Positions 20,701 through 35,700 are shown, numbered from the stretch's first letter. The stretch is 64,000 nt of DNA from Caecitellus pseudoparvulus (GCA_965644315.1 CBFFRQ010000057.1:310001-374000); one strand, 5' to 3'. Notes: generated by a model not told the origin, from the letters alone. Translations and numbers: made by a program.

Positions 20701-23700
20701 ACTGTGACGTTGTCACTCGGACGGCTGGGGGCTTCGTCCCCGCTTTGAACGAGGGCCCACTCAAAGTGCTTGAGCGGAGCCAATCGAGGCGGGTTGTGGC
20801 CTGCAAGCTCAGGCGCAAGGGCAGCAAACTCAGCAGAAGTCATGTTCAGGTCTGCATACATGTCAAAGCCTGGGCTGTTCGCAATGATAGGGTCCGTGCC
20901 CAAGTCTCCCAGGCCTACAGACGGTGAGGGGCAGCCACTGCCATCAGCTGTGACTGGCAGCCCCACAGAAGCGCCGGATGACCACAGCAAGGACATGGTG
21001 TCTGTTCGAGTTATGAATGCGGCATCAGCTGCTTCTCGAGCGCTCACGTTGACACCGGGCAGAGTGGGTGCAGCCGGTGCAGGTGGCCAGGCTTCCTCTG
21101 CAACATCCTTCACGTTCACAGCGTCCCAGACGCAAACCCCCGCCGAATCATCAGCGACAAAGCCGTCCGCAACTCCAAGCCCGCAGAGGCCTGCGCCGTT
21201 GCATGCAGCTACAATTGCGACGTACAAGTGCGCGTGTTGCAATGCGACCGCATCACTTGTAATGCAGAGAGAGTGCTGCTGTAAGCCAGAGGAATTGCCC
21301 TCTGCAGCCCGCAGGCTCTCAGCAGCTGAAGTCAGCGGCACTGCCCAAGCAGACGCACGGTCGAGCTGCCGCGATCCAGTGACTTGTGACGACAATGAAC
21401 TGAGGTAGTCGGTGATTGACGACACCCCAGCCATGCCATTTGCTGCTGCGGCTGAGGCAGCTGCAACGACTGAGGCAGCCATCGGGTCTTGCCCAAGGTG
21501 CAGGATGCCCCAGTACACGCTCGAGCGAGCATCGGCTTGCCAGCAAACTTGCACCTGCTGCCCTGGGGCCAGTGCCACGTAGTCCGCCTCGGTCGCCACG
21601 AAGCCATCGAAGGCATCACTCTCACCAGAGAAGGGAGTGGCAAAGACCCTCCCGGCCGCTGACGCCAGGCGGACACCTGCGCTTGTGGCAGCGTTGGCGG
21701 CTGCACCTGGCCTTACGGCATCGTCGAGGTCCACAGCTGTAGAACCCGCAGTGGATGTGATGAATGCCCCGGTGTTAGTGCTGTTCTCGTCATCGGCGTA
21801 GGCTGGGTTCGGCCAAATCGGACGAACCTTCACGGTGCGCTCCGTAACCTGGGAAACTGCTGGGGCTGAGCTTGCCACACGCAAAGGCAAGTATGAGGTG
21901 TGACGAGCCCCCGTCACGTCTGCGACGACTACCGTGGTCCACACCAGAGAGTCATGGACAAGGGACAAGTCATTGATCTCAATGGCGAGAGAGAGAGTGG
22001 TTGCCAGGGACGTGGTGCCCAGAACACCCTCCCCTGACTCAACAAGCGCCACAACAGAGCGCTGGGTCGCGCTTGCAATGTCGTACCCACCTGGGCTGGA
22101 ACCCACAGACCAACCAACTGCAAAGACAGGAACTTCAGACATCCACGTTCCAGTCAGAGTAAGCTTTGATGCGTCGGACTGCGTAACCACGCCACCGACG
22201 TGCGTGCACAAGTCGATCTGCGGAGCAGAGGACGGCCCGCTGTCTGCAGAAGGAAGCTGAGGATGCCACGGAGTGGGGATGATGGCCGCAGCTGTGTGGG
22301 GCTGTGGAGGCGCGCGGATGAAGGTAAACCCAGAGGAGGACGTCCGCAAAGCTTGCCCAGCCTCTGTGGTTGCTCGGATCAGGGCCCGCAGGCGAGTGGG
22401 GGTGGAGCAAGCTTCAACGTCTGCTTGCTGCGGGCAGAGACCCGCAGAAGTCACCACCCCCAAGCTGCTCAACATGGTGTTGGTGGCGTCCTTCTCAACG
22501 CATGGCAAGGCAGCGACGGTCAGGTCGGCAGGAAGGGCCACCGCGGTGCGGCGCCCTGGCACGAAGGGCTTCCAAGCCATCACGTCACACATTCCGTCTC
22601 CCGAAGACAAGCACCACTGGACATCTCGCAAGTGCATGTGCCACGGCAGAGCGGTGCTAGCATCAACGCCGATGCTTGTTGTGGCATACACAGCCTCTGC
22701 ATCTTCATGGAACCCTGCCCGGGACTCCACGTCCGCAGCTTGCAGGAAGTTCAAGTCTGGCTTGAACACGAGAGAGTTGGACGGACCAGGTGTGCGGCGG
22801 ACCAGGTCTGCGGGCGGCAAGACATCCACTGCCACCGACACCGGCACTTGACGTGGCTCGATAAAGAGGCCGGCCGACCACGCCTCGGCCACTGCACCTG
22901 CAGCGTTGATGGCCCGCACGCCAACAGCATACCGCTGCCCTGCAACCATTCCTGTAGCGGAGACTCCCTCAATGACGAGCACGCCGTCGTTGTCCAGGAT
23001 TGCAGAGCTGGGGAGGTCGACCCACGGTTGCAGCGCGCTCCCGCGGGATGCGTCCAACGCCACAGTGTACTGGTAGCCGACAATGTAGCTGTCTGGCTCG
23101 ACAGCTAACGGGACATAGGCAGCGACACGCTGACCTTCAATTGCCGCCGTGTCGCTCCTGAAGCCAGCAGCCGCGACTGTCTGCAGTTCCGAGCGAGCAC
23201 CTGCAACAGTCAATGCAGCCAGGGCCACAAACCGAGGCAGTTGCAGCTGGGGAGGGGTGGTATCCACGGTCAACGTGCCAACGCGGCTCCAAGCTGACAG
23301 GCCATTGCAGGCTGTCGTGCGCAGCCAAACAGACCCAAGAGATCCTTGCGTCATCGTGACCGAAACAGTCACAGTATCAGCAGGCGCGTACGCGTTGCCT
23401 TCAGCGCTGGTGGGGACGGCAGCGAGCTGGGCCACAGGATCGCTGAAGGCCTGATCGAAAGATGCTGCAGCGTCGATGTCCGACTCAGCGTGAAGCCAGG
23501 CAGCGCTGGCATCCTGCTTGAAGTGGGTTGCGTAGAACACGAACAGCTCCACCTTGCAGACGCCTGCTGGGTGAGCATGCGGGGATGGCTCTTGGCTGTC
23601 CATCCAGGTTACCGAGAATGTTGCGTTCACATCCGGTGAAACCAAGTCATGCCCTTCCACGCCACCGCTCCAGGCACGTAGGGACACCGTATGGGATTGC

Positions 23701-26700
23701 AAAGATCGTTGGCTGCGCCTTGACAGCACGCGCCTCCTGTTCGCAACCACGCCGACCTCGCGCTCCGTGTTCAGGGCTGTGACAAGCGCGGCCACGTCAG
23801 ACACAAGGCGACCCCTGGCAGGCCTGGGGGCTTGTCCGTCAACGATAACAGTCGCAGCATTGCTGGTCGCTGACAGCCCGACAGAGTTCATGCAGCGCAG
23901 CAAGACGTGTACGGCTCCCTCAGTGCCCACGAATGCGGCTGGTCGTGCTAGCTGCAGAGTATGGTGTTGCAAGCTGGAAGAACCAAGAGTCAAAGGAGCC
24001 CAGGCACCAGCATCGCACTCTGTCGCAGACTTCGCGTAGATACACGTCTCATACGTCTGCACTGGCACTTCAGCGTCCACACAAGGCGAGAAAGCGATCT
24101 GCACTGGAGCTCCGAATTGCACCGCTGTGCCGACCACTCGAGTGGCAAGCCCTTCCCCAATGCCTGATCCAGAGACGTCTTCAGACCCTTGTGGCGTGAG
24201 AGCATTGTTGCACCCAACGCAGACGCCAGTTGCAGGGGATGGGGGTGTACTATCCAGCACCACCATGCTCGAAGTTAGCACCAATGCACCCCCAGCAGCA
24301 TCTGTCGTGCGGAGTTGGGCCCGCACAAAGACTGGCACCGAGAAGTTGGCCCCTGTTCGGTGGATGACTGGCAGACTCACGTTCGCGTGCAGTGGAGGCT
24401 GCGGGGCTGCGGGATCATGAGCAGAGTACAGCGAGCTCCAAGGGCTGGAGCAAGCAACTTCATCCCCCTCGCAAAGGCGCACCGCCATGGATGCCAACGG
24501 GGCGTGGGGGAAGTCAAGCTTTGAGGCATCCCACGCAACTGATACTGAATCTGCAACATTGGCCGGAAGGGCGGTCAGCCGACCCGAAGGGCCCTGAAGC
24601 CAGACAGCGCTCTTATTGTTGGCAAGGCCTGGTGCAGGTGGAGTCAGGCGAGGTCCAGCACCGGCCACGACAATGGGGCGGGAAACCAGGCGAAGCTCAG
24701 CTCCGGCACCGTTGTGAACGCTGACCACCACATGCACCAGGGCTCCATCTGGGACCCCTTGGCTGCGAAGATCCCCGCCCAGATACAGCTCTGCTCCACC
24801 ACTTGCAGCCCCTGCGCCAGCCGTAAGCAGCTCATGCAGCGGCCGGACGTCTGATGCCACTATCGAGCTGGGTGCTCCCGGCAGAGTGACGACCAGCACC
24901 GCAGAGGCGGAGGAGAGACCAGACTCTGGATCTGCGACGCCAGGCAAGAAGATACCGACAGAATCAACAGATGGGGAAAACACGGGCTCCTCAACCTTTC
25001 CTGCAAGACTGGGGGGCAGGGCACCTCGCCACGCATGTGCAGCCGCACCGCTCACGGTCAGAAGCTCCAGACCCGCAGAAGTGGGCGCAGTGGCATCCAA
25101 GCGCACGCCATCAGACAGGCCAACCGCACATGTGCCTGCGGCATTGCAAGCCTCCACAGCCGTCACCAACTTCACTCCAGGCTCTGCCGCAGCTGCTGTG
25201 CGCATGGAAGTCCACTGGCCAAGGGTGACCGGAGCAGACACCCGGCGCAGGCCGTTGGGCACCGTCTCCCAGTCCCGAATGTTGCAGGCGACATCTTCTG
25301 CCAAGGTGGCTGCCGACTGCCTCAGAGCTGAGCCGGGATCACCGCTGGCGCGGACAGTTGCAGCGCCAGCGTTCACAGGGAGGGTTGTGAGGCACCACCT
25401 GAGCTCCACGTAAGCAGGGTCTGACCCCAGAGGCTGTGAGTCTGCATCATCAAAGCCCACCCAGGTTGCGGCAAAGGTCGAACCTGCAGGTAGAGTGGGC
25501 GGCAGAGCCACCCACGATACGCGGCCAGTGTCACTTTCCGTCGGGGCAAGAGCGGCCAGGGCAGCTTGGGCTGCGGCAAGTGCTCTGGCCTGGGAGGTTG
25601 AGGGCGCCCCTAACACGTGCCCGTTGGCGTCACCCATTGTGGCCTGGGAAATGGAGTGCGTATCGGAGACCATGCCCACAGTTGGGTGCGAGCCGTCAAT
25701 CAGCACGGGTGCTGACACTGCAGCCGCGGCTGCCCCAGTTGCAGCCCAACCTGTCACATGAGCAACGTATTGCCCTGGGGCGATGGATGTTGGGATCACG
25801 AAGTCAATCAATGCGGCACCAGGGACAAAGGCACCAGCATCGCCAGACACCTTCCTGCCTGCAATTGGGCAGTCAGCTGCCAGGCTAGCATCAGCGATGT
25901 CTGGTCGGTAGTTGTACACACCGCGACCCGCCAGTGTGACAGGTCTCGCGCGCAGGTCATCCAGGCGGCACAGGGACCAAGTGAAGCCTGCCATGCTTTT
26001 CAGCAAAGAGCTCTCACCCCCAGCGGATTCCGAACTCACCCGGAAACCATACCAAGCGACAGAAAGGCGAGCTTCAGAGGTGGCGGTGGCTGGTTTGGCG
26101 GCAATCATGCGACGAAGCCCAGCTTCGGAACCCAGGGGCCCCGCAGCTGTCAGCGTTGCTGCCGTCGCATGGGTGACCACCTTCACTTGTCCAGGCAACA
26201 CAGAGACATCACCAGAGGGGGGCGCAATCGTAACGACATCTTTCGCGACTGCTGCAGCTCGCCATCCAGCTGCATCTTCACCAACCACGACGGCAAAGAG
26301 TGGGTGGCCCACAATCCCAGCAGCAACGTCCTTCACAAATACCCGGCCAGAGCTGACGGGGGCTGCCAACAGTTCCACGCTGGATCCATCGCAAGGGGGC
26401 AGGGGCGCTGCCGGGCCCGTCCACAACTTGGACGTGGTGGCGGCACTCGCGAGCTCTGCCAGCGAGGCTGTGGCCGGCGCCTCAGATCCAAGAGCTCCAC
26501 GCAAGGCGGTGGCGGTGACGAGGCATACCCTCACGGTCGAAGGGGGGGCTGAGGCAGGGTCGAAAATGCGCTGCCAGCTGATGGTGACTGCACCTGCAGG
26601 ATTCACCATGCGAACTTTGACGCCTCCCAACCGCTGAACGGGAGCGCCGGCGGCGTTGTCCTCTCTTGACTGGCTCGACCAGAGGTCCAGGCCACCAACA

Positions 26701-29700
26701 ACACCAACAAAGCCTGGTGAAGGGGAGATGTGCGTGCGCAGGATGTCAACTGGCGGGCTGACGACAACTACAGGCTGCATGCCCAAGCCCGACGTGGCGC
26801 GCAGAGTCACGAATACCTGCTCCAGGCCCAAGTCCACAGCTGCCTGCACCGCTTGACCAGGAGAGCTCTCCACGACAGACCGGATGCTGCTGGGAACAGC
26901 TTGCCACGGCAGCACGTCGTCAGCGTCAGGAGTGCTCCCCACAGCCCACTCATAGTACCAAATGCCAGACTCTTCATCCGAGAAGTCACCCCATGTCATG
27001 CCAAGAGCCTCACCAGTGCCATTGCTGACAGCGTGCACGACGGTCGCCTCGGGGTGGGGCAGCAGCACACCAGAGTCAGATGGGGTGGCGGATGTGTCAG
27101 CGTGAAGTGAAGACACTGCAAGGTCCCCCACTCGCCCAGGGTGCACAATTGTGCGCGCCCACCCAGCCGCCGCCTGCGACTCGTCCAGCACAAGGGCGTG
27201 CGTGGAAACCTTGCTGGAGAGCAGTCCAGAGGCATCCTGTGCGACAATGGTGGCGTACAGCACATCACCTTCCGAGAAGAAGCTGTCAAGGTTCGTGAGT
27301 TGGTTCATCCCGTCCCCAAGGGCCCCATGCAGGGCTGGCACTTGGTCCTCCTTGTAGTAACCTGGAGCCACCAAGAACTTGGCCTTCGTCAAGTCTACAC
27401 TCCGAGCCATGCTGGCGTGCCACGTCCACAGCTCGGCCATGGCAGCGCCGCCCGCTTGGACGGGGCCGATCAGGGGAGCATCTTCAGACGACAAGCTGAC
27501 CACATCAGTGAATGGCATGATTGTGTCGGAAAAGGGGGCTGTTCCCCAAGCCATGAAGACAGTCTCGACACGAGAGTCAAGGTCTTGCACTGCCCACGTC
27601 ACAGCAGGCGAATCTGAGCTTGTGATGCCCCGAACAGGAGGAAGTTGCTCCGCGGCCAATCCGCTGCCAGGAAGCCTGACCTCTGCATCGGCAAGGAAGG
27701 GAGCTGCACTTGCTGCGGCTGCAGGCACGTCAGCAGAGGATGAGCTGGCATGAGGAATGACTGCGAACACAGTTGGTGCAGCGGCATCCACGGCGAAAAG
27801 CTGCGAGGGCACGTAAACGGCAGCGCCCAGTGAAGACGCCCGCACAACCAACACGTAAGCGGCAAACGAGCCAGGTTTCAAGTTGACTCCTTGTGCCAGG
27901 GCACCACCGCTCACTTCTGTGCCCAAAGGCACAAAGGGCACAACGTTGGGGCTCTTGAGCAAGTCATCTGGAAGAGGCGCAGTCAGTGATGGGACTGCAG
28001 CCACACCAAGCTCATACTGGATGCCGGCTGCTCCACCGACGGGGTCTGAGAAGCCGCCCCAGGCACCCCACACGCCATCCCCCGAGCGCTGAATCGCGCA
28101 CGGAGCTTGCAGCAAGGCAGCAGCTTCCTTTGCCGTTGATCCGATGACTTCATCGCCCTCCAGGCCAGCATCCCACGGACTGGAAACACTCGCGTAGCCG
28201 TCACACACGGCAAACACAGCCCCTGGTGTGAGGCCGCCGAGTTTCACCAAAACGCTGGGGCTTGTCCAAGTTAGGGCGATGCCTGCCCCGTTTGTTGCCT
28301 CCACTTCCATGTGCACAAACGAACCATTGGCCAGCTCAAGGGTTGCCGGTGTTGTCAGAGTGACAGGGGAACCCGCAGTGCCGAGTGGTGCACCAGATGA
28401 CAGGGTAAACCACACACCGGCACCAGCAATGACGCCAGGTCCACCCGCCCGGAATCGCACGGAGCTGATCCGAGACTGAGGGTCTGCCAGGCTCGCGAGG
28501 GAGATACTGAGAGCTGCACCGGTTACTTGCTGATTCGACAAGTACCCTGCTTGCCCTGAGTAGTCTTCTGGCGCGAGGACGGCGACGGGCATCGCCTGTT
28601 GGAGGCTTGGCAGGGAGCTGTCCACGGTGACCACCCCAGCCACAGCTGTTTGGCCGAGACCAGCTTCATTCAAGCACCAAATCTCCACCGAAAGGGAAGC
28701 ATCTGGCATGTCAGCAGGCATGGCAAGGGAGGCGTCAGGACTTGCGGCGCTCGTGGCTGCGGGCGCCGTCCAAGTAGCCACTGCGACAACTTCACCGAGC
28801 ACGTTAAGTGCTGTCGCATTGCAGGTCAGCAAGTCTGACTGGCTGTCAGAGACGTCCCACTCTACAGAAACAGCACCTCCAGGCTGAACATACAGCTCTG
28901 GGGTGCTGGAGATGGTGATCACTGGAGGGGATGTGTCTAGAACAAGGCCATCCGAAGAGTACCACGTGCTCGCAAGGCCGGCAGAATTCACCACCGACAC
29001 CAGGCCGAAGAAAGTGGAAGCAGGTTGAAGAGCTGTAACCGATGCTAAGACTGGCCTAGCTTGGGGCAGAGCAGGCGAGGGCACGCCAGACGCAAAGGCA
29101 GCCTCCATGGTTTCCAGGGACGGTGCGATGTTCACAAACACCGACCCGTCATCAGCTGCCAGGCCAGCCACGACCGCATCAATGGCTTGGGATGGCGTGG
29201 GGTTGCTCGCCGTGGGGAGTCCGAGGACTGTGTACCGCACTGCCGAGACTCCAGAGTGCACGTCGCTGCACTGGGCATTCACAACTGCCATGGTGGTGAT
29301 GGAGGTGGCGTCCAGGTCAGCACCTGGGATTGCGCCATCACCCACGTGGGTGCACACAGGCGGCGTGGAATCAAGGTGCAGTGGCACAGCAGGGCTCGTG
29401 TAGACAGGCACACCTGACCCAGACACAGCCACCAGCATGATGTACAAGCGTGTTCCATCCAGCGCTGTCGGGGAGGCGGGCCCTGCCGTCACTACACTCA
29501 CATTGAGTGTTGTTGTGCCCGCCCCTTCAGTGGCTGCAGGCAGGGGCGTCCAGCCGTCCGTGGACGCGTCGGGGAACCAGTCAGATCCCCCAGTGCCATC
29601 TTCTGCGACGGGTGGCAACGCGTTAGTCGACACGCCCAGCCAAGCCCCTGCGATGCCAGTGCCTTCGTCTCGCAGCGCCCACCTCACAGGGATGGCCAAC

Positions 29701-32700
29701 TCCGTCAGGGTGCCCAGGGCATGCGGCGAGCTCACGGCGGTGAAGTTGTCAGGGTGAGCTGCATGCACCAGCATAGCGCTGCCCTCCAGTGCTGCGCCGA
29801 GCACAGTGACCGTGGGCGGGCTGAAGTCGAAGGAGACTTCAACGGGGTCAGTATACACGAGGCGACCAGCCCCATTCTGAGCGGCCAAGGTCACGTAGTA
29901 GTACGCGCCGGGTGAAGGCAGGAAGCGAGCATCAGAGGGCAGGTGTTGGCCCTCGCCAGAAGGCCCGACGAATGCCCACGCGACGACGTCATCCCCACCA
30001 GGAGTTGTGCCAACTGCATACCAGACTGCACGCATTCCCGACTCGTCATCAGAACAAACCCAAGCAACTGGCAGGGTGTCATTGTGTGAGGCTGCCCAAG
30101 ATGCTGCTGAGACTGCAATGTCGCTGGGCGTGAGGGGGGCACTGGGGCTAGCTGGTCCACCGCTTGACGCTGCGTACGGTGGGATCTGCGCCTCCACGAG
30201 ACAGGAAGGTGGCGTTGTGTCCACTTCGATGCCATCTGTGAGAGCAGCAGACATGAGACCGGCCTTGTTCACGCCGTTCACGGTGGCCACGAAGGAGTCG
30301 CCATGCTCCAGTGTCAAGCCACGAATACTTGCCACGTGATATGGCATACCCGGTGCCGCGCCAGGAGCAGGGTCGACACCGACAGGCTCAGGAGCAAGGC
30401 GGACAGGAGGAACGCCCACGCTCCGGTATGGGGCTAGGTTTTGACCTTCGCGCGTGTCCAGGCTGATGCCGTAGTCTGCCATACCAGAGTGTGGATCAGA
30501 AAAGCCCCACCACGCAATGTGGGCCACATCTGTAGTCCAAATGAAGGCCCGGTCCTCGGAGGGGGTGGGGCCATCCACAGCGGAGCCCACAACGGGCGGC
30601 GATGTGTCCAGTCCCACTGGGACGGAGAGTCCAGGAAGAGACTGCTGTCCCGCTTGGTCTTGCGCACGCACAACAGCGTACATGAGCGTGCCATCTGGCA
30701 CCCCCTTGAACGCCGTTGGGCCGTCAGGGAGTGCAATTGTCTGAGCAAGGGGAAGGCCCGGGGACACACTCACCACGCCTGCCCCAAGTGAAGCAGCCTC
30801 TTCTGGAGACAGCAAGTTTCCTTCGGCCGACCTTGAGGCACCCTTCGGCAGGGTCAGTCCAGACGGCGTGATGACTGAGGTAGGGGAGATGTCACAGGTC
30901 GCATTTGGTGCAGAACTCAAGCAGACCGCATACAGTTCCAGAGGACTCAGAGACCTGAAGACTGGCGCTGAGCCGGGGCGATTCACGGCACTCTGATGCT
31001 CAGCAGGCTGCACTGGCTTCATGTCTGTGAAGCCACTCCATGCGATTTCAAGCTTTGTCAGCTCTGGTAGCCACACGCCATGCTGGGCCACGCCAGCCAG
31101 CGTGACGAAACCGGTCGCGGGGCGAAGTGCATCCACTGCAAAGCCATCAGAAGTGGCTATGCCGGCGCCGCCTGCCTCGTTGACTGCCTTGACACTCGTA
31201 AACCAGGGTCGGCCACCAGCGACTGGGTTCGGAAGCCGAATGTACAGATGCAACGTAGCGCCAGTCTTGCCAGCGGCCACGACAGGATCAGCCCCCACCC
31301 AAGCCAAGCCGGTCTTCCGATCCGGGGCTGGCTGGACGAAGTACCCCACAACGCCTGGGCCAGCCAAAGCCCCCAGAGCCACTTCAGCAGCCAGCTGTGT
31401 GTGGAAGATATTTTCCACGAGCACCTGCTCCCAGCCATCCGTGAGAGCGTTGCCCCCTGGCGTGTCACTGACAGCGACGAAAAGCTGCTGGACGTCTGTC
31501 TCAAGGTCTGATACAGTAAAACGCACTTGGACGACGTGGAAGTCATCTTCAGCGAGGCTCAACAAGTCAACGTCATCGGCACCTGGGCCGTCCGTGATGG
31601 AGGTGACCACGGGCGCAGTGGTGTCCACAGTGAACCCTGCCGAGCATTGCGGCGCCCGAGCGATGTTACCAGCACCACTGATGGGCTTCACTGCCCAAAC
31701 GTAGCGTTGTCCATGACTCAACGGCGAGGAGCCAAGCAGCGAGCCTGTGATGGACATGGTCAGGGCTGTCACGGAGGTCACAGGCAAGTCCTCCCCAGGC
31801 AGCACATCAGCTGAGGGGAGGTCAACGCGCACCCAATTCCCCAGCAGCTCGTACCCCACAGGCGGCTGGGGACCGTCACACACAGGTGAGTCGGCAGCCG
31901 ATTCGTCCTCCCGCCTGTACAGACCCAGGAAGGCCTGAGACATGCCGGACTCGAGATCCGTGCTGGCAAAGGTCAGGGCTGCGAAGGTTGTATACTGGGT
32001 TGCCGTGATGTCTCCGCCATGCGCAGGGTATGTTACAGCCTGGGGAGCGGTGTTGATCACACTGGCGCCTGCAGGCATTTTCGCGGTCCCGGGCAGTGCT
32101 GCGGAAAGAGCGGCTGAATCAGACACTGGGGGTGTGTCGTCCAGCACAACACCAGAGGTGGGTGCCGTCACGAAAAGGCCGGCGCCGTTCCAAGCGGTGA
32201 CGTATGTCGTGTACGTGTTCCCAGGCATGAGAGGGATGTCTCGCAGCATGGTTGAATAGGCGCGAAAGCGAACGAGGCGAGGTGGCAAGACATCACACCA
32301 GTCAAACTTGGGCATCATGCGAAGCAAAGCTGCGGTGCGGTTCAGTTCACCTGCAGCATCTTCAAACCACCCCTTTTGGACCTCGGTGTACAGTGCTGGG
32401 ACTCGGGCGGCGGCCGCCGCACTACCCACACACACGCTGACATGGTCAGCGATGAAGGACTGCGGGTCGCTGAAGGCAGCATACCAAGTCACGCCCCAGC
32501 TAGCTGTTTTCGGTGTCCCTGGGGAGCCCGCGCCCCCCGCAGGTGATGACAAGCCAAACGCCTCCTCCAACGAGCCTGCCAATCCAATATACTTCAAGTC
32601 CAGGTGTGTCGGGTTGGCGGCATAGAGGCTGAAAGCCTCTGCAGGTGTGTCGGCCAGAGCCATGTTTGAGGCCGCGATTTCATAGTCTGAGGCGGTTGAC

Positions 32701-35700
32701 ACTGGCAAATCAACGAGGCGGGGATGGTAATACTGAGGCTGCGTCTCATCATAGATCACGCCATCTGACGCTGCGCGGTTGATCCATCCAGCCAGATCAG
32801 TAACTTCAGCGGCCAGGAAGTACTTGGAGCCATGTTGCGGAGAGAGTGCTCCGGTTTGCACCCGCACGGAAATGGGGTCGACACTCGGTGGCCAGGCTGT
32901 GGCTGGGCGCCAAGCATCGTTGTGTGCAGGCAAAGGATCTGGGACGACATCGGTGAAGCCTGCGATGTCATCTGTGCCTCGGATGCGCCCAGCTCCCGCC
33001 CTGTACAGCGCCACGCCGGAGATGTCGTCCGCACACTTGAATGTACCCGCCAGGGAAGGCAAGTAGAATGCTGCATCAATATCCAGGGATGCCCCTGCAC
33101 CCTCTTGCATGGCTCCGATGGGTCCATCGGCCAGGGTCGCTGTCAAACCTGCTGGGTGCTCGTCAAACGCGCCGCCACCGCAAGTCGGCGCGTCCCTGTC
33201 AACTTGCACGTCAAAGTCAGTCGGGACTGTCTTTGCCAGGCCTGCACCGTTCGTGATGCGGAGATATCCTCGGTAGGCATGCTTGTTGATCAAGTGCAGG
33301 CCAGTGAGGCTAACAGATGTAGTTGTCGAGTCAACTTTCGCCCAATCCGATTGCCACACGCCGGTGCTCACGTCTTTGAATCGCCACTCATACCACGCAA
33401 TTCCAGACTCGGGATCTGTCCAGTCGCTCCAGGCCATTTCAAACGTGTTCGTGTACCTGTAGTAGCGAGTCTGGCCATCAGGCCCGGGCCCCACGAACGG
33501 CTCTGGGACTGCCGGAACAGCTGGCGTCAAGTCCAAGCGCACGGCAATGCTGCGCACAATGTTGCGCACGCCGCGGCTGTTTGCACTGGAAATGAGGACA
33601 AAGTAGTCTGTGTCGGGGAACAGCAGTTGCGCGGGTGCACCAGTGCTTATGTCAATGAATGTGTGGCTCACGGTGTCTGGGCTCTTGGCTGACAAGGCAT
33701 CAGGCAGGTCCAGGCGATCCCAGTGGGTTGCAAGGTCTTCCAGCAGCGGAGCGGTTGCAGCAACACCTGTGAGGGTGAAGCCGTTGCCAGCATTGAAGCT
33801 TGCAGCGGCAGCAGGTGAAGAAGTCAAGGCCAGCGTCACGTTGCGAACCTCTGCACCCGGCGTAAACTCTTGCACCAGCAGTTGCACAGTCAAACTGCGC
33901 ACGTCAGAGACCCACACGTAGCTTGGGTCGCCGCCTTGCAAGCGTCGTCCAGCGATAGACAGGAGGCGGCGGCTGCTGAGGTGGGCCCCTGCCGGCATGG
34001 TAGTTGTGCCTGTTTGCAGCGCCATAGATGTGACGCTGGGTGCTTGCAGCGTCAAGGTGACAGGGTCGGACGGACGCGCGGCCCGCAAGTTAACGCCGTT
34101 CACTGCGTAGCAGGTGGCGACCGCAGCCTTGCCATCGGCAACAGCCGGCATAGGCAAGGAGAGCGACTTGCTCTCGCCCATGCTCACGCATGCGGCAAGC
34201 GACTCGGAGCCAGGGGCTGTGCCGAGGCAAGCGAGGTAGTCTGCCACACCCGTTTCGGGGTCCTCTGCCGCATCCCATGTGATGAGAAGGTTCGCTTCAT
34301 CAACTTGGCGCAGATCACAACGCGTAGAAGGAATGGGGGGCGTCTTGTCAGGAGGCTCAAAGCGCAGCGTGAGCACGTCGAAGCGAAGGCGGTCCATTGC
34401 CCACCTGAACACAACCAGCTCCTTCCTGTCACAGTACGTGAGCCATGGAATCTTAATGCATACTTTCACGAACCCAACCTTTGCACACTTCTTCACCAGT
34501 TTGATACACGCTCGGAACTGGTAGAAGAGGAAGAAACGAATGTCCAGCGGGTCTACAACGAGGTCAACGTCAAGCGTCACAGCCAGGTCACCGCTGTCGC
34601 GAAGTGTCAGGATGGCGGCTGGCACAAAAGCAGTCCGCAGCAAAATGGCCTCCACACCGACGCCTCCCTTGACGAGAAACACGTCCACGGCAGCGGTGGC
34701 TCCGACGGTGGCCCATGCCGAGGGAATCAGCGCACCCACCACGGTCTTGTCCGCTGGGCAAAGTGCAAACTCGTACCCCAGCTGCAGGGAGATGCTGCCG
34801 TACGCTTCGAAGGTCACAGGGACGACGACGATGATGATGGTCTTCGTGACGCTGAAGAGCTGGTATGTTTCACTCCAAATCACCCCGGCACCGGTCAAGC
34901 AGGAAGCCAAGTCGACGTACCCGTCAGGGAGGTACTCCACATCAGCGAGGGACCGGCCCGAGCGCACGACCCGGCCAGACGAGGCAAGGTGGCGAGCAGA
35001 CTTGATGCCAGCCAAAGGCGCCGTCGCAGGCCCCTGCAAGCCAAGGCGCGCAGAGTTCAGAGGACGCACCCACTTTGTCCCCACTGCTCCATGCGTACTC
35101 CTGTGCACCTTGGTCAAATCTGCTGACAGGAGACCGGGAACTGGTGCAGAACTGGCGGTTCCATGTGCAGCAACAGCGTGAGCGTCGTGGTAAGCAGTCG
35201 ACGCGGCATGGCGACCAGAGGCCAGAGCACGAGAAGCTGGGGTCATATGGCGAAGCCTGCGATCTCCAGGGGGGGTTCGAGAATCTTTGCTTGGGTCCTC
35301 TGTGTCCCCAGCGGTGCCGCTGTTGCAGTCAGGGCCAATGTTAACGATGCACTTGGGACCATACACATACGACCCTAGCCACTTGAAGAAGATGGTGTTC
35401 TCGGTGATGGAGGCTGGGATGGTTTCAGCCACGGGGGGGCGCACTCTCATCAGCCGATCCTCGACGTCTGCCTGTGCCTCCCGCACCCGTGGGAGAAACT
35501 CCTGCGACGCGCTCGTCCACAAAGTGTACATGTACCGCTCTCCATCGTAGAAAAGGGAACGCAAGCCTTGTGGCGCCCGTAAGGCCACAAGGACAGGGTG
35601 GTGCTCCTCCTTGCCCAGGTCAGCGAGCACGGCCGGCATGGCTCCAAAGTCCTCGCCTGCGGCTGAAGGCAGGTCGGTGCGTGCAACGTCTACATCATGC

